Assembly: GCA_943704425.1 (NCBI GenBank)
Contig: CALSCP010001139.1
Span: 39,704-103,703 of the forward strand
Length of the DNA stretch: 64,000 nucleotides
Origin: Ministeria vibrans ATCC 50519
Lineage: Eukaryota > Protista > Filasterea
Direction of reading: 5' to 3'
Below the pieces are notes generated by a model. That model searched no databases and was not told the DNA's origin. It saw nothing but the letters and a program-made list of their open reading frames with translations. The position numbers and the translations under genes are program-made. Positions 40,629 to 55,568 of the stretch are shown in pieces (the stretch's first letter is position 1; every line of letters starts with the position of its first letter).

Positions 40629-40674
40629 AAGATTTTTTTTATATTTTTTTAAAAAGAGAGTGTTTCTTTGTTTT

Positions 40675-43439
40675 TCAGTAGTTTGGAATGGACATTTTCC
40701 CTCTGTGTCGATGAACTGAGGCACACTGCGAGGGCCAACGGCCCTTCTGGGTGAAGATGGACAGACAGTGTTCGGAAGAAAAGGGAGTGACGGGCTGTTG
40801 GAGAACATGCTCGAGGAAACGACGCAGCGCGTATACATGTGTGACCTATGTAGCGAGTGAGTGGATGAAACTTATGGGCGTGTGGAGTAAAGTAAAATCG
40901 TGGGGTTATGAAGGGCATCGTTTGTTTGTTTGTTTGTTTGTTTGTTTGTTTGTTTGTTTGTTTGTTTTTCTGTCTGTCTGTGGCGTAGTGTGTGTGTTGC
41001 GTACTGGGAGCGTAAAGTCAGTGGTAAACTCTTCGATGAGATGGTGTTCTTCAGTAGGAAGCGACCAAGAGCGACAGGGAGCCTTGGGAGTGCATGCGCG
41101 CCAGTCAAAGTAGCGCAGAATGGGATGCAAGAAGTTACTCATGGCCCCATACTAAAAAGAATAGAGAGAGAGAAAAAGGAGGGAGGGAGAAAGAAACAAA
41201 GTGATAGAGAGAGAGAAAGAAAGAAACAAAGTGATAGAGAGGAAAAGAGACAAGATGATAAAGAGTCAGGCATGCACGCAAAGAGAGTGCGTGTTTGATT
41301 CAAGTACGTGGTAGTCGCCCTGTGCGCGGTCACGGCGAAATACATCAGCACCGGGGTGGGAGTACCCTTTGCCGTAGTCCATGTGCAGTGTAAAGACGCG
41401 TCCGGTGACGTTGAGGTCCGCGTAGGACTCGGCGGTGGGCATTGCGTTGCAGGGCACTTGGTATACATAAGAGACAGTATTGAGGTCGTCGCTCATCACA
41501 ATCACATCGCAAAGAATCCGGAACATTTGGTACAGACTTGAAGATTCTTCCGCTCGCTAGAAGAAAAAAGGGAGCTGTTAAGAGAGAGAGAAAGAGACAG
41601 ACAGACAGACAGAGAGGCAGATGGACAGTAAGAGAGCGAGAGACAGCAGAGATAGAGAGAGCCAGAAAAAAACAAAGTGGCAGAGAAAACAAAGTGACAG
41701 GGAAAAAGAAAGTGACAGAGAAGAAAAACACAGACGTGATAAACAAAGTGCTAAACACATAGACAAATTGATAGACACAGTGATAGGAAGATAAAATACC
41801 TTGATGATCCAATCGGCAAGCGAGAGGGTTTGGATCTCGACGGAAGGCCAGCGGGCTTTCTCATAAACAACATTGAGGTGGTTGAAAAGGGCCAGGGCCA
41901 AATAGCGATAGCCGTGAATGAACCCGCCCGCTGACTTGCGCCGGTCGTGCGCGTGCTGCAGACCCCCCGCAAAGTATAGCCCAGACACATTGTGCGATTC
42001 GTAGGAGCGCTTCATTGCGGGGTATTTGTGCTTACTGCAAAATTATATACATAATATATATGTGGTGTGAGTAGACAAAAACGGGAAAAGCTGCCTCGGT
42101 TACTTGTCAAGCTGCGGGTTGAAGCCAGGGGCGTACGGAGCGTCGTCAAAGACCCAGCCAAGGCACAGGATGACGGCGTCGTAGTTGGTACGGAAGCCCG
42201 ATCCCTCCTGGCGCTGCTCGAGCAGCTCACCGTTGGAGTAGTCCGCACTCTCCGGGTCGTCTTCGAGTGCGTCCGCCGTCGGATCTGAGCTGATGAGGCC
42301 GTCTTTGGTGCGGAAGAAGTTGAGCTCCTCGGCGTCGACTTCAGCCATGCCATCGAGCGACTTGAGCTGATATGTGTCGAGCAGGTCATTGTTGACGGCC
42401 CGCACATCGCCCACATAGTGCGTCTCGTACGACAGACGCAGACGCGACCGTCCCACCACGTGCATAAAATTGACATGCCCTAACAGTGCCTGGGCCGTCT
42501 CGAAACCCGCATTTCCTCGTCCGATGATCATGACTGTCTTTCCGTCGTAGTCGGTCAGATTGGTTGACATGGTGTCGTACCGCTCAAGCAGCTCAGTGCC
42601 TTCCACATTGGGCACATACGGTTTGGTGATTCCACGAGCGTCGATGAGCAAATCACAGCTGTGCGTGTGCGTGTTCTCTGCGTCCGATGTGCGCGTCGCA
42701 ATGTCCACGAGAAATCCCGTGTTGCTCTCCGTGTCGCGGCGTCGAATGTTACTCGCTGTGCTCCCATAGACAATGTTGGGCTGCGTGCTGTTCGCAAACG
42801 TCTCCATGTACTCAACAAGCTCGTCGGCGAGCGGAAAGAAGCGGTTGCTAAAGTAGCGCATCTCCAGATCGTGATCCGTACTCAACAGGGAGTTCCAGTC
42901 ATGGCGCATATTGAATTCCTACAACACACGAGAGAGAGAGAGAGAGAGGGATGAGAGAAAAAGAGACATACACAAGATGGGAGGAGCAAGAAGGCTCGCC
43001 TACTCGATTGCGTCGACCGGTGAAGCGCTTGTTGATCGAAATGAGGTGTCTATGGCGTGGATAGTGCTTGAAGAAGTTTGCGGCGGTTGCGTTGCGCTCA
43101 AACACGATGTAGTCCAGACCGCTGGCCTTCATAAAGTAGCTCATCTGAAGACCTATTGGTGGGCAAAGAAGAGGATGAGACAGAGCAGCGGGTTCCGGGA
43201 GGACAGCAGAAACCCATTTTCATAGTTTTGGTTCTTCTTCTTGTGACAGTTCCAAAATAACGACAGATGACAGTGCGTGTGACGGGTGTGTGTGGCCATA
43301 GAGCAGGAGAGGTACGCATACAGCTGCTCGTACCTCCAGGACCCGCGCCGATAATGCAGTATTTGTGGTGTGGATCGGGAGAAGCAGTGACGCAGACCGC
43401 AAGAGTCGCTGCCACGACGAACAATGCCAGTCGCTTCAT
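40675..43439 (-). CDS. FOXRED2: FAD-dependent oxidoreductase FOXRED2/ERFAD, multi-exon
   Basis: Signal peptide; [12 protein letters not shown]; [16 protein letters not shown]; [10 protein letters not shown]; [13 protein letters not shown]; [12 protein letters not shown]. Confidence 0.92.
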
Positions 43440-43684
43440 CGGGAAGGGGGCTCTCTGTGACGGCGCCGCAAAGGGGAATGTCGGGAGGTGCTGGAGAGGG
43501 GTCAACTGTCAACACTCAGACGAAATAAAGTGAGAAGAAATGAAGAGTGAAGTCTAAGTCTTCATCTTCACATCTGAAATCGGTTAATTCGGTTTGCGCG
43601 ACTTTGCAGTTAACATTAGTTTGTCAATTTTCAGACTTCACTCGTTAGGTTTTTGTTGCATCTGATCGGAGAGCGAGCATTCCA

Positions 43685-44687
43685 ATGAGTACACTGAGCG
43701 AACCCCTCCAGCAGACTGTCGACTCCTACCTCGCACTTGACAAGGTACGTCATGGCGACGATCGGGCTGCTTGACCCACCCTGGTGCATGTGGTGTAGAA
43801 TGAGAATACCCGCGCAGAGATTCAAAGGCTGGCAGAGGCAGGAGATGAGGAAGCGCTCTCAAAGTGTTTGTGCCAACGGATGACGTTTGGCACAGCGGGT
43901 ACGCCTGCACGCCCCGCCGCACACACCCCGCACATGGCTGATCTGCTCTCCTTCTCGCACCTCTGCAGGACTGCGCGCTCCGATGAAGGCCGGCTACGCG
44001 TTCATGAATGACCTGACGATCATCCAGACGACGCAGGGCTTCCTCGCCTATCTCCAAGCGCAGCTCGGCCCGGCCGAACTCCAGCGCCGCGGCGTCGTCA
44101 TTGGCTATGATGCACGTCACAACTCGTCGCGATTTGCACGTCTTGCCGCGCAAACGTTCATTCTGGCAAACGTCAAGGTGACCGACCGGATGATCGTGGA
44201 CGCCTTTGTTGAGTGACACGTCGGCGACTTGGCTCGCATTTCGTAGGTTGCACTGACATCCGACATCTGTCCCACGCCGTTTGTGCCGTTCACAGTCCAG
44301 CAGTGGGGCAGTGCGGCCGGGATCATGGTCACCGCATCGCACAATCCCAAAGAGGACAATGGCTACAAAGTGTACTGGGGCAACGGCCCGCAGATCATCC
44401 CACCGCACGACTCGGGCATTGCTGCCTCCATCGAGGCCCATCTAACGCCCGCTGAGCATGCGTGGGACTGGGCCGCCGTCGACACGTCGCCGCTTGTCAC
44501 CGACCCACTGCCCATGTGCTCAACCGAGTACTATCGTGCGATTGGCATACACGCGCGACGCACAGCGCGCAACCGCACCGACTCAGTGCGCATTGTGTAC
44601 ACCGCCATGCATGGTGTTGGCTACCGCTTTATTCAACGTGCTTTTGAGCAGTTCAACCACACTCCACTCATTCCCGTCACCGAGCAG
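43685..44687 (+). CDS. PGM2: Phosphoglucomutase-2/phosphopentomutase, 5' half
   Basis: RMTFGTAGLRAPM, VIGYDARHNS, phosphoserine loop MVTASHNPKEDNGYKVY, VYTAMHGVG; ends PVTEQ at a GT donor. Confidence 0.92.
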
Positions 44688-44799
44688 GTTTCTCATTCTC
44701 CCCTAGGTTTCCTCCAGAACTGTCCGGCCTGCTGGCANNNNNNTTTTTTTTTTTTGCACTGCATTGCGGCTTTGACTGACTACTACTTTGTACTTTTAG

Positions 44800-47391
44800 G
44801 TGTTTCGTGAACTAGTTGCCAGCGGCTACCATCCGCGTGAGCATATGGCGTGCGACTTTGACATTGTCTCTGACAAGTCTCATTCGCATCTGGTGCGCAT
44901 TGCAGAGGCCGAAGTCATTGCTGTCTCTGTGGAGTTTCTCGCACAATTTCCGGCGCTCAACTCGTCTTCGTCGCTCAACACAGTGACCATTACGACAACG
45001 AGTGGAGGGGACAGTCTTGCGGCGGCAATTCAGAGAGGCACCGGGGGTTCAAGTGGGTCGCTGGCAAGTGGAGGACGCCTTGGCGTTGGCATTGGTGGCG
45101 GCGGTGGAGCGGGTGCTGCTGCTGTTGGTGGTGGTGGGTTGCCTCTGGGTACAGCAACAGCGGCGACGGCGCCTATGTCGACCACAGCAACCACTTCGGT
45201 ACACACGCGCACGGTTGGAACGGCACAGCTGCCTTGTTGCATTGTGGTGAACCATGCGTCTATCATCCGGGCGGTGCTTGAGACTGCTGGCGTGCCCGAG
45301 GCCAAGCACAAGGACACGTGCAAGGCCATGGAGAACTGCATTCGCCAAGAGCTTGGTCAATACAGAGTAAGAAAAGAAAAGAAAAGAAAACAGTCGTGAG
45401 TATTAATATAATTATCATTATGACGCGTGTGTGTGTGTAGGCCTCTGAGTATCTGGGGGCGCAACAGCTGGGCCTGCAGACCAAGACGACCTCGGCCCTG
45501 GCCCGCTGGTTCATCTCCTACGATCGCACTCTTATCAGCCAGTTTACTAATGAGAAGAAGACTCTCATTTCCGAACAGTATCCTCTCCTCCTTGCATTAG
45601 TATTATTTTATCTCCCTTGATGTCTTGATTTTGTTTATAGGCCAACGGAGCTCTACGAGACGGGTCGGAGTGAGCTAGCGCATCTGCGTGAGCTGCTGGT
45701 CGCCTTTGGTGTGACTGTTCCCATTGTTGTCGACCACACACTGCTCTTTAACTTTCCCATCTACAACGACGGTGTCATTTTCCAAGTAAGCCTTTTTTGT
45801 GAAAGACGAAAATAACTACTAATGATTCTCTCGCTTTTTTTTTCCGTAGATTGTACAGAACAATGTGGGTGGAGGGGCAAGCACGTCGTCGGTGCGCACC
45901 AGCAAGCGAGTGAGTGCGTTGGTGGCAGCGACTCTAGCCAACCTGCCACGCAATGCGAGTGTGGCGACCATTGACGCAGCCAAGGCGGCAGCCACAGCCG
46001 TTGCCAGTATGGGTTATAGTCGTAAGGGCGTGTTTGCCGCCGGTGGTCGCTATGAGAAGCTTGTGGATGACCAGCGGAATCCGAACATGGAGAGGCCTAA
46101 CATTTTTGCAGTCGGTAAGGAATATCAATAATGGTTTTATAATTATTACGCCTTTTTGTCTAAAATTTTATTGTATACGTTGGATATGCGTACATCTCTT
46201 TTTAAAACCTCCCTATTTTTTATTTTAGGCGTGTCGATTGCGATGGAAAAGATTTGCACAGTGGTGCGAGACCATGCGTTGCAGGGGAGCCTGCACGACC
46301 CACTGGCGGGCGCACGGGTGGCGGCGTCGATAATGAGCACGCAGGTGCTGGTGGTGCCGCTTTGGTGGGAGCATGGCAAGGGGGAAAGCAAGAACTGTGG
46401 AGGAGAGAATTTGCCAGATGTGAACCCACAGAGTCTGGGGGAGTCCGGGACAGCGCGGTGTGAGGGGCGACTGTGTGCGGTGGTGGCGAGTGCGCTCTGG
46501 GCGGCGGGCATTACGTGTGAGATCCACTATGCGTTTGGTCGGCAACGCAGTGCGGGCACGCATGCCGTGGAGGCACTGCGGGACGTGTGTCGACGCGAGT
46601 TGGGGTCGGTTGTCATTGTCTTTGTGTCGGGGGGTGTTGTGGTGGATCTGAGTGAGGTGAAGGTGCGCGTGTGTGCGGTGTGGAACCATGTCGACGACAC
46701 GACGGTGCGCCTGCCGTCGCTTGTCTCCGCCGTGCAGCAGATCATCGAGGACCCCACTGGCAAGATGGCGGGTCTGCGAGACTCACTGACGGCGGCACAG
46801 CAACAGCAACAGCAACAGCAACAGCCTGTTCACCCACGCGGCTCCAATGTTGGCGTGCACGTTATTCCCACCGACGAGAAACTGCCGCCCGGTCGCAAGA
46901 AAAAGGTCATTACACGCGCGAGTTTGCGCGTCGAAGCTTTCCTGAAAAGCTCAGGCATCACAGGACGAGTGGAGGTAGGCAAGAAAGTCTGAAGAAAAGG
47001 AGTTGAAAGGGTTGGGGGTTTTCCTTTTGTTTCCTTGTTAGGTCGTTGCGTTGGATCTTCCACGCACACTTCTGCGCGACCTGCTGTTTGTTGATCCGCG
47101 AGACCAGACCAAAGTGAAAGCGTAAGGGAAAAGGAAACGATATCAATTCCTTGCTGATTCGCGCGCCCACTCGTTCACTCATTTATTTATTCTCTTACTT
47201 ACTCACTCGCTTACTAACTTACTCGCATCCCACTGTGTGTCGTGTTGTATAGCCTTCTGGACGAGCACCGCAGCAAACGAGAGTATCTTCAGCGCATTTG
47301 CATCCACGTGCAGAATCTGCCACGCTCTACCTTTGTGCTGCTTTATTGCTTTGCCGATGATTCGAACGAGCTCTTTTCTTGGTCTATGTAG
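44800..47391 (+). CDS. EIF2AK4: GCN2 (eIF2-alpha kinase) C-terminal HisRS-like and dimerisation region only; kinase exons absent
   Basis: VFRE...HPREHMACDFDIV, AEAEVI, VNHASII, AAGGRYEKLV, AVGVSIAMEKI. Begins immediately after the N gap at 44738-44743. Confidence 0.82.
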
Positions 47392-47663
47392 ATGTATAGT
47401 ATAAACTTAATAATAATAAAAAATAATAAAAATTATTATTAATAATTATTATTATATTTTATTATTGTTATAATGATAATGATAATGGCTGAGCTGCTTG
47501 AGCTGTCGAGTGCATTTTGTTTAATGCAATTGTAATGATTGGCTTGTTTTGACATTGAGTACAACTCTCTGTTCTCTAGTATTAATTTTATTATTTTTCT
47601 TCTTATTTTTTATTGTAATTATTATTAATTACTGACGTTTCATTGTGACTGTTGTCGTTGTTG

Positions 47664-49844
47664 TCAATGGTGGCCAGTGATTGACATTTTACGCTCAAGA
47701 CTGCGCGTCATGACAACTCCTTTGCGCAGTCCAGACGGCGTGCGTCTGGCGGCACCTGCGCCCCCGCCATCCAGCCCTGTGCTTGAGTGCCGTGGCGCTC
47801 TCCGTCCGGTTGTCACAGTCGTTTCCATTGTCGACATCTTCTCGTACAGCTCCTCCAGACGGCTCTCCATCCGCTCCCGTCGCACGCGCTCTGTGTCCAG
47901 CAGCTCCTGGTTCCACTTGCGCTCGCTGTCGCTCTTCTCCCGCTCCCCCTCCATCTGCGTCTTTTCTCTCTCCAGCTCCCCTCTTAGTGATCGAATCTCT
48001 CCCATCAACCGATCCCGCTCCTCCTCGTACGCTCGTCGCTGGTCCTCCAGTTCCTTCTCCACTCTCGCTCGTCTCTCCGCTATATTAATATAAATTATAG
48101 AAACATAACAGTATGAGACCATGTGACTAATGTGCACATCATTCATTGGGTTTGAATCGTACCTTGCTCCTTTGCATACACCTCATGTTCCGAGGGCTCT
48201 TCGCGTTCCTTGCGCTCTCGCTCTCGTCGCACCGCATCCGTCTTCTCGCGCGTCTGTCGGGCCTCGCGTGCTCTATCCATGGCCGCCTTGAGACGCTCGC
48301 CGTGCCCATAGCGCCGCGCCACGTCGAGTGCTGTTTCACCACGACTATTGCGGATTCGGGTGTCCGCGTCGGTGTAGTTGATGAGCCACTCGACAATCCC
48401 ATCGTGACCTACCCAGAATAAAGATTATCATAATAATTGTTATTATTATTATTATTACTATCATCATTAGTATTATAATAATTAATAACTTATATTATTA
48501 TAATAATTATTATAGTTATGGACTATGTACACACCTTGAGCACACGCGCGGTGGAGTGGTGTGTTTCCGTCGGCGTCGATGGCGTTGACGGGGTAGGCTG
48601 TGCTGTCGTGCAGGTACGTCTGCAGCGCCCCCAAATGGTTGCAGTAGGCGGCGTGGTGCGCGGGAAACGACGCATTGTCGTCTTTGAGGAACTCGGGTAG
48701 GCGGATGAGATCCTTTTCCGTGACCGTCGTGTCGTCGTCGTCGAGAGACGGTCCCCCAATGCGCAGATTGTCCAGGCCGGCAAAGCGATGTTCGTCGTAG
48801 GCCTCTTCGTCAAAGTCCTGAAAGACCCGCAGGCACGCATCACTCTGAAGGCGCTCCGCCAGGGCCACGGGTGTCTCGCGTTGTGCGTTCATGACATGTG
48901 AATGAGCACCATGGCGCAGCAGGTAGAGCACCACGTCGGCATGCTCACCGGCGATGGCCAAGTGCAGTGGGGTGGCACTGTTGCTGCGCGCGCCCACGTT
49001 GACAATGGCACCGCTCGAGACGAGTTGCACGATGGAGGCGAGTTGGCCGTTGAATGCCGCATAGTGTGTGGCGGTCCAGCCGTCTCCAGCGCTGTCGGGC
49101 TCGTCGAGCAAGAGGTGCGCTTCGGGTGAGCCGTGCAGGAGGCGCCGCAATGCATTGATGCGTCCGTGCAGCGCCGCCTTGTGCAGTGCAATACTGCCAC
49201 GCTGGTCTCGCTGCGCCACATTGGCACCGTGTACAAGAAGAACCTGCACACAATCGGCGTTGCCACGAATCGCAGCAAGCTGTAAGGGCGACCAGCCGTT
49301 TGTTGTTGTTTCGCAGTTTTCGTTGCCACCGTTCCACAGAATCCACCGAAGCATTTCCGGGTGTCCCTCGAGCGCCGCCCAGTGGGCCACTGTCAGCGTG
49401 TCGCGTCCGTCATCGGCATCGTTCATGCTGTTTGCACGTCCGCTCGCAAATAGTCCTGGGATGACTGTTTTAGCAGGGGAGTTATAAGGTGGATTTTTTT
49501 TTACCTTGGAGTGACTCCAAATCGCCTCTTTGGGCGGCCATATGAGCAGGATAAGGGGAATCAAGGATGTCTGGCGCAATAGGTGGAACATACTTGATAT
49601 CATTGGTCTCGTAGAGGCTGCCTCGGTGTTCCACAAAACTCGTTTCCGTAGCAACCGCGCGTTTTTTTTGTAACGCCGGCTGCGAACCAACCTGGCGGAC
49701 TGTACTATACTGAATGGGTTCCGAGGAGAGCGACGCACTCGTGAGAGTCGGGGTAGCAGGTTGCTTTGGCGTTTTTGATTTTGATCGACTTGAGCGTGGA
49801 CTTTTCACGATTGTGGTCACGCTCGACTCCATTGAGGATGGCAT
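47664..49844 (-). CDS. Ankyrin-repeat and coiled-coil protein, multi-exon
   Basis: At least 8 ankyrin repeats (GWSPLQLAAIRG, GWTATHYAAFNG, ATPLHLAIAG, GNTPLHRACAQG) and an E/R-rich coiled-coil tail. Confidence 0.85.
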
Positions 49845-50639
49845 GAGTAAGAATTTAGATGTATAACTTAGTATTTATATTAAGTCTTAAGACGTTAGAC
49901 GACGCCACTCTGTGGTTTAGCGAAGATGAAGGTGAGAACTGAGATGAAAAAAAAACTCTTACTGAAACATTAATTTAATTCATTATAAGACTGTTTCAGA
50001 CATAATTTTTAATTACTTGCTCAACTCTTCAGTCTCTGCATGACAAAGATGACTGACTGACATTGGGCTTCGTTGATGAATGATAACACTACTTCGCGAA
50101 TGCTTGAGTACACAAACAGAAATCATTTTTTCCCTCGTGAATTGTTTTTTTTTTACTCTCCCTCTCCCTCTCTACAGGAAGCTACAGGCGCTTTCCGCTC
50201 AGGAAGAGATGCAACAAGCATAGGATTGATGTGTCGACGACGGACCGTCTCTATCTGCGTCGTGCATTGTCCACTTGAAGCTCTTTTTTTTTTGTCGTGT
50301 GGTACGTTTTCATCTCTCTCTCTCTCTCTCTCTGTGTCTCTTGTCTCTTTGCTGCCGCCCCCACCCTGGATTATTGTTTTCACTCGCACGCAAAACGCTG
50401 TTCTTTGCTCCATGCGACAAGTGCGCTGCACATCCAGGCAGATCGTACCCCTTGCACACACGTGCACACTCGCCGCCTTCACGACAAGCGTCGTCGAACA
50501 CCCCTCCCCACCCTCGATGCTCTACTTATTGGCTGCACACTTTCTCTCTCTGTAGATTGCCCTGGTGCCGCAACCGAGGTTGAATCTGTTGATTGTTTTT
50601 TATTATTAATACAAAAATACGATGCGATGTACTAAATTA

Positions 50640-51315
50640 TTAGTCTTTCTTGTCTTTGGCCTTTGCGTCGAGTTCGCGCGACGCCTCAATCGAATCCACG
50701 AGTGTTTCACAGCACTGCGACGGCCGAATCTTCCAGTCGTACCAGTACGGCTTGACGAGGGTCGATTCGGAGTCGCACAGGGGACTGCCAGCGAGGAGAC
50801 GGGTGTGGAGAGCGGGGAAGTGGGCGGGCGGGATGTGTACAGTGACGAGGTGGTAGTTGCGGCAGCCGCGCGAAGCCGTTAGGTTGGTGTTGAAGGCAAT
50901 GTCGTGGACGCGGTTGAGGCGCAGGGGCGCAGACCAGGAGCCCACGGCAACGTCGTCATTGCGCCATTGTTTGATCCTATACAATAACGTGTCACTTTGT
51001 CTGTCTTCGACTCTGTCTGTCTCTCGCTGACTGTACCAGTGACGGTTGCGGTAGATAAAGGCCGCAAGGTCAACACTGAGAACAAAAGCGCCGGCCATGG
51101 GGTGGGGCACAAACAGGTCGCACAGGTAGTAGTGGGGCTCGCGCCATTCGCCTGTGCTCGATCGGTCCACTTGGCCAGTGCCAAAGTAGCCCCACAGCAC
51201 TCGCTCGTGACCCACCTCGGCCAGGCGTGTCTTTAAACGCCCCATGTCCACAAACGCATGATCGACTGTCTTCATCAGGTGCACAAATCCGGCATGTTCA
51301 AATGCAAATGTCAGA
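50640..51315 (-). CDS. B3GALT6: Beta-1,3-galactosyltransferase 6-like (GT31), 3' part only
   Basis: LWGYF..G.V...GEWRE..Y.LCD.F.P...GAFVLS.DL; DDVAVGSWSAP; HD..F.T...SRGC.N; YWYDW..PSQCC. 5' exons missing. Confidence 0.8.
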
Positions 51316-51388
51316 CTGTCAAAAGAACACCCCCCCCCCAGACCTAACGGCTCCTAATCCTCGCTCTACCTCCCCCATTTAAACACAG

Positions 51389-52774
51389 GTTACCCCTGAC
51401 CCCGACTTCCCCACCGTGCGCTACCCCAACCCGGAAGAGGGCAAGTCCGCCCTGAACCTGGCCACCGCTACGGCCGACCGACACGCCGCTAACGTCATTC
51501 TCGCCAACGATCCGGACGCAGACCGTTTGGCTGTTGCAGAGCGCCAAAGCGACGGACGCACTCCCTGGCGCGTTTTCACCGGAAACGAAACGGCAGCGCT
51601 TTTTGCACAGTGGGTCTGGCGCCACCGCTCACTTGACGACTCCCGTGCCTCCGTCATGCTCGCCAGTACCGTCTCAAGCAAGTTTCTCAGGGCCATGGCT
51701 CGCAAAGAGGGTTTCCTCTTTGAGGTACACACTCCCGTTCTGTTGCACCTCATTCTTTTTTCTCTTTCTCATTTTGTTTTTCTCTATTACCTTGTTTATC
51801 GTTTATCTCTCTATGGGGGGGTTTTTTCCTATATACGTGTAGGAGACTCTGACGGGATTTAAATGGATGGGAAACCGTGCAGAGGTGCTTGAGAAGAGCG
51901 AAGGAAAACGTGTCCTAATGGCCTTTGAGGAAGCGATTGGTAACATAGAGAGAGAGAGACGTACCGTTTATTTGACCAATTTTGCTCACTCCCTACCGTC
52001 GCTCTTTATATATTCATCCTCTTTTTAGGGTTTATGGTTGGTACACAGGTGCTGGACAAGGACGGAGTCAGTGCGGCTGCAGTGATGGCTGAGATTGCGA
52101 AGGAGCAGTATGACAATGGCTCGACGCTCACGCAACTTCTCGACGAGCTCTATGAAAAGTAGAATAATAATGATTTGCATTGCTTTTGCTTTCTCTCCTT
52201 CTCGTTGACTGTTGTGCTTTGTAGGTATGGCTATTTTGTGTCCAACAACAGCTATTGGCTGTGCTACGACTCAAAGACGACCGACAGAATCTTTGAGAAG
52301 ATTCGCAAAGACCAAAACGTATTAAAGTATATGCGATCAATCAATCTAACCCCTCATATTTTTGCTTCTTTTCTTTCTATTTCTATTTCAATAGTACCCG
52401 CGTACAATTGGAGGAGTTGCCGTGGTGAATGTGCGCGACCTCACCACTGGCTACGACTCGGCACAGTCCGACAAGCGGGCCATTTTGCCTTCGTCGCTGA
52501 CGTCTCACATGATTACGTTTGAATTTGCCAATGGCGTTGTGGCGACCCTGCGCACCAGTGGAACCGAGCCCAAGATCAAGTACTATGCTGAGCTTGAGAC
52601 GTCTGACCGGTAATAATAATAGCGCAGCAAAGAAAACACATTCTGAACTCTTTTTTGTGTTGTGTTTATGTTTTCAGTGCTGGCGCAGAGGAGCGACTGA
52701 ACGACTTTGTGGCGAACATGGTGGATGAGCTGCTTGAACCCAAAGCCAATGGACTCACTCCGCGCTCAACATGA
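51389..52774 (+). CDS. PGM2: Phosphoglucomutase-2, 3' half
   Basis: VTPDPDFPTVRYPNPEEG, metal loop ANDPDADR, ETLTGFKWMGN, AFEEAIG, DKDGVSA, LRTSGTEPKIKYY. Confidence 0.92.
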
Positions 52775-52827
52775 CGAATGAACAAGAAAAAAAACGTGAA
52801 ACAAATTTCATTATTGTTCTGATGCTT

Positions 52828-53932
<1,105 letters not shown>

Positions 53933-54142
53933 ATTTAATGAGAATCGAAGAAAAAGGTGAAAGAAACGATTAAAATTGATATCAAATTTATTAATCAGTT
54001 TTTTACACGTTTTTTACACACTCCTACTACCCACACCTTCTTGGTGAGTGGCGAACACCGCGCAAGCAGTACTTACATTTTACAGTGCTGATCTGACCTC
54101 TGACATCTGTCTGTGCGCTGGACGCATTGCCTCTTGCCAGTC

Positions 54143-55511
54143 ATGCCTTCTCCACGAAAGAAACAAGACCTTCTCGAGTTCTACAGACGCCGCGAGACCG
54201 AGGCAGAAGAAGACATGAAAGCCTTGAGAGGGCGCCTGGACTCCATTGAAGCAACTCAGCGGCAAATGGTACGCAATAAACATAAAGTTCGACTTTTGGT
54301 TTGTTTGTCCGTTGTGCCGTTCAAATGCCCAACGCAAATGCCAACTTCCACTTGTGTACCGTATGTAGCATGAGCTTGAATGGAGCGTGGTGCAGAAAGA
54401 CCGCGAGTTGAGCGAGACGCGCAAGCGTGAGGGCGCATTGCAGGAAATTCTATTTGGCGAGCGCGACAACGCCCTCCGACTGCAGGCACGCATCGACCGA
54501 CTGCAGCTGCTGCGCGAAGAGGACCGCAGGAAGATTGCCTTTCTTCTGACGCTCACGACAGATTCGTCGTCGGCGCGACAACGCCATGGCGAGACGACCT
54601 ACTTTGTGCCGACGCACAAAGTTCCTCACGCCAAAACAATGAAAGCTGCTGCTGCTGCTGCGTCGTCGTCGTCGTCGTCGCTGAACGAGTCTTACTCGGA
54701 GCTGCCACCTGAAGAAACCATTGAGTTGCTGCGACACGCGGTGGGCGCACTCAAGCGACAGCTCGAGGAGCAACGACGCATCACACGCGAACACACGCAG
54801 GTTCTCGTCGAGGGAAAGGCAACTCTGGAGGAGGCGCTGGAACAGCGTGTCGAAGAGCAGAATGCGCAGATGGAAAAAATGGTGAAGGAGATTGAGCGAC
54901 TGCGCACCGCGCTTACGGACACAACACGAGACTTTCTGGAGGAACGAGCGGCGTTTCGAGCACGCGAACGTTTGCGCATGGAGCAAAGTGAGGAGGCGAG
55001 TGGACGAGTGGAGCGGGCGGGGGAGCAAGTGGCAGAGACACGGCGGGCACTACATGAGCAGCAGGAAGAGGCCATTGCGGAGGCGATGCGGCGGTGCGAG
55101 GGGACAGTCGATGGGTTCCGACGACGCACTGTGGCACTGGAGAGGGAGGTGAAGCGGGCGCAAGCTGAGGCTGACGCAGCGCAGGAGCTCAAGCGACGTG
55201 CCGGACGACTGCTCAAAGAACGTATGGCACAGATGCAGCGCCGAGTGGAAGAGGAGCGCCGCAGACGCAGAGTCGAACGCGAAGGGTTTGACTGCGATCG
55301 CACCAGACTCACTCAACGCATTTCCACTCTCGAGCAACAGCTTACAGAGTCCCTCGAGCGCACCACATCCCATCCTAATCCCACTTCAGCTCATTCCGAG
55401 CCCCTCTCAGTCCTCACACAAACCGCTCAGCGCTCTCGCAAAGTCCAATCCGACCTCAACCGCCTCAAATCACATATTTACAAAGTTGAAGGAGACCTCC
55501 GAAAGCTGTAA
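54143..55511 (+). CDS. CCDC77: CCDC77-like centriolar coiled-coil protein, 2 coding exons
   Basis: DLLEFYRRR...HELEW...LFGERDNALRL...DRL....EDRRKI matches the recalled CCDC77 N-terminus. Confidence 0.7.
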
Positions 55512-55568
55512 AAAGTACTCGATATCATATTATAGAGAGAGAGAGAGAGAGAGAGAGAGTAAAAGGAT

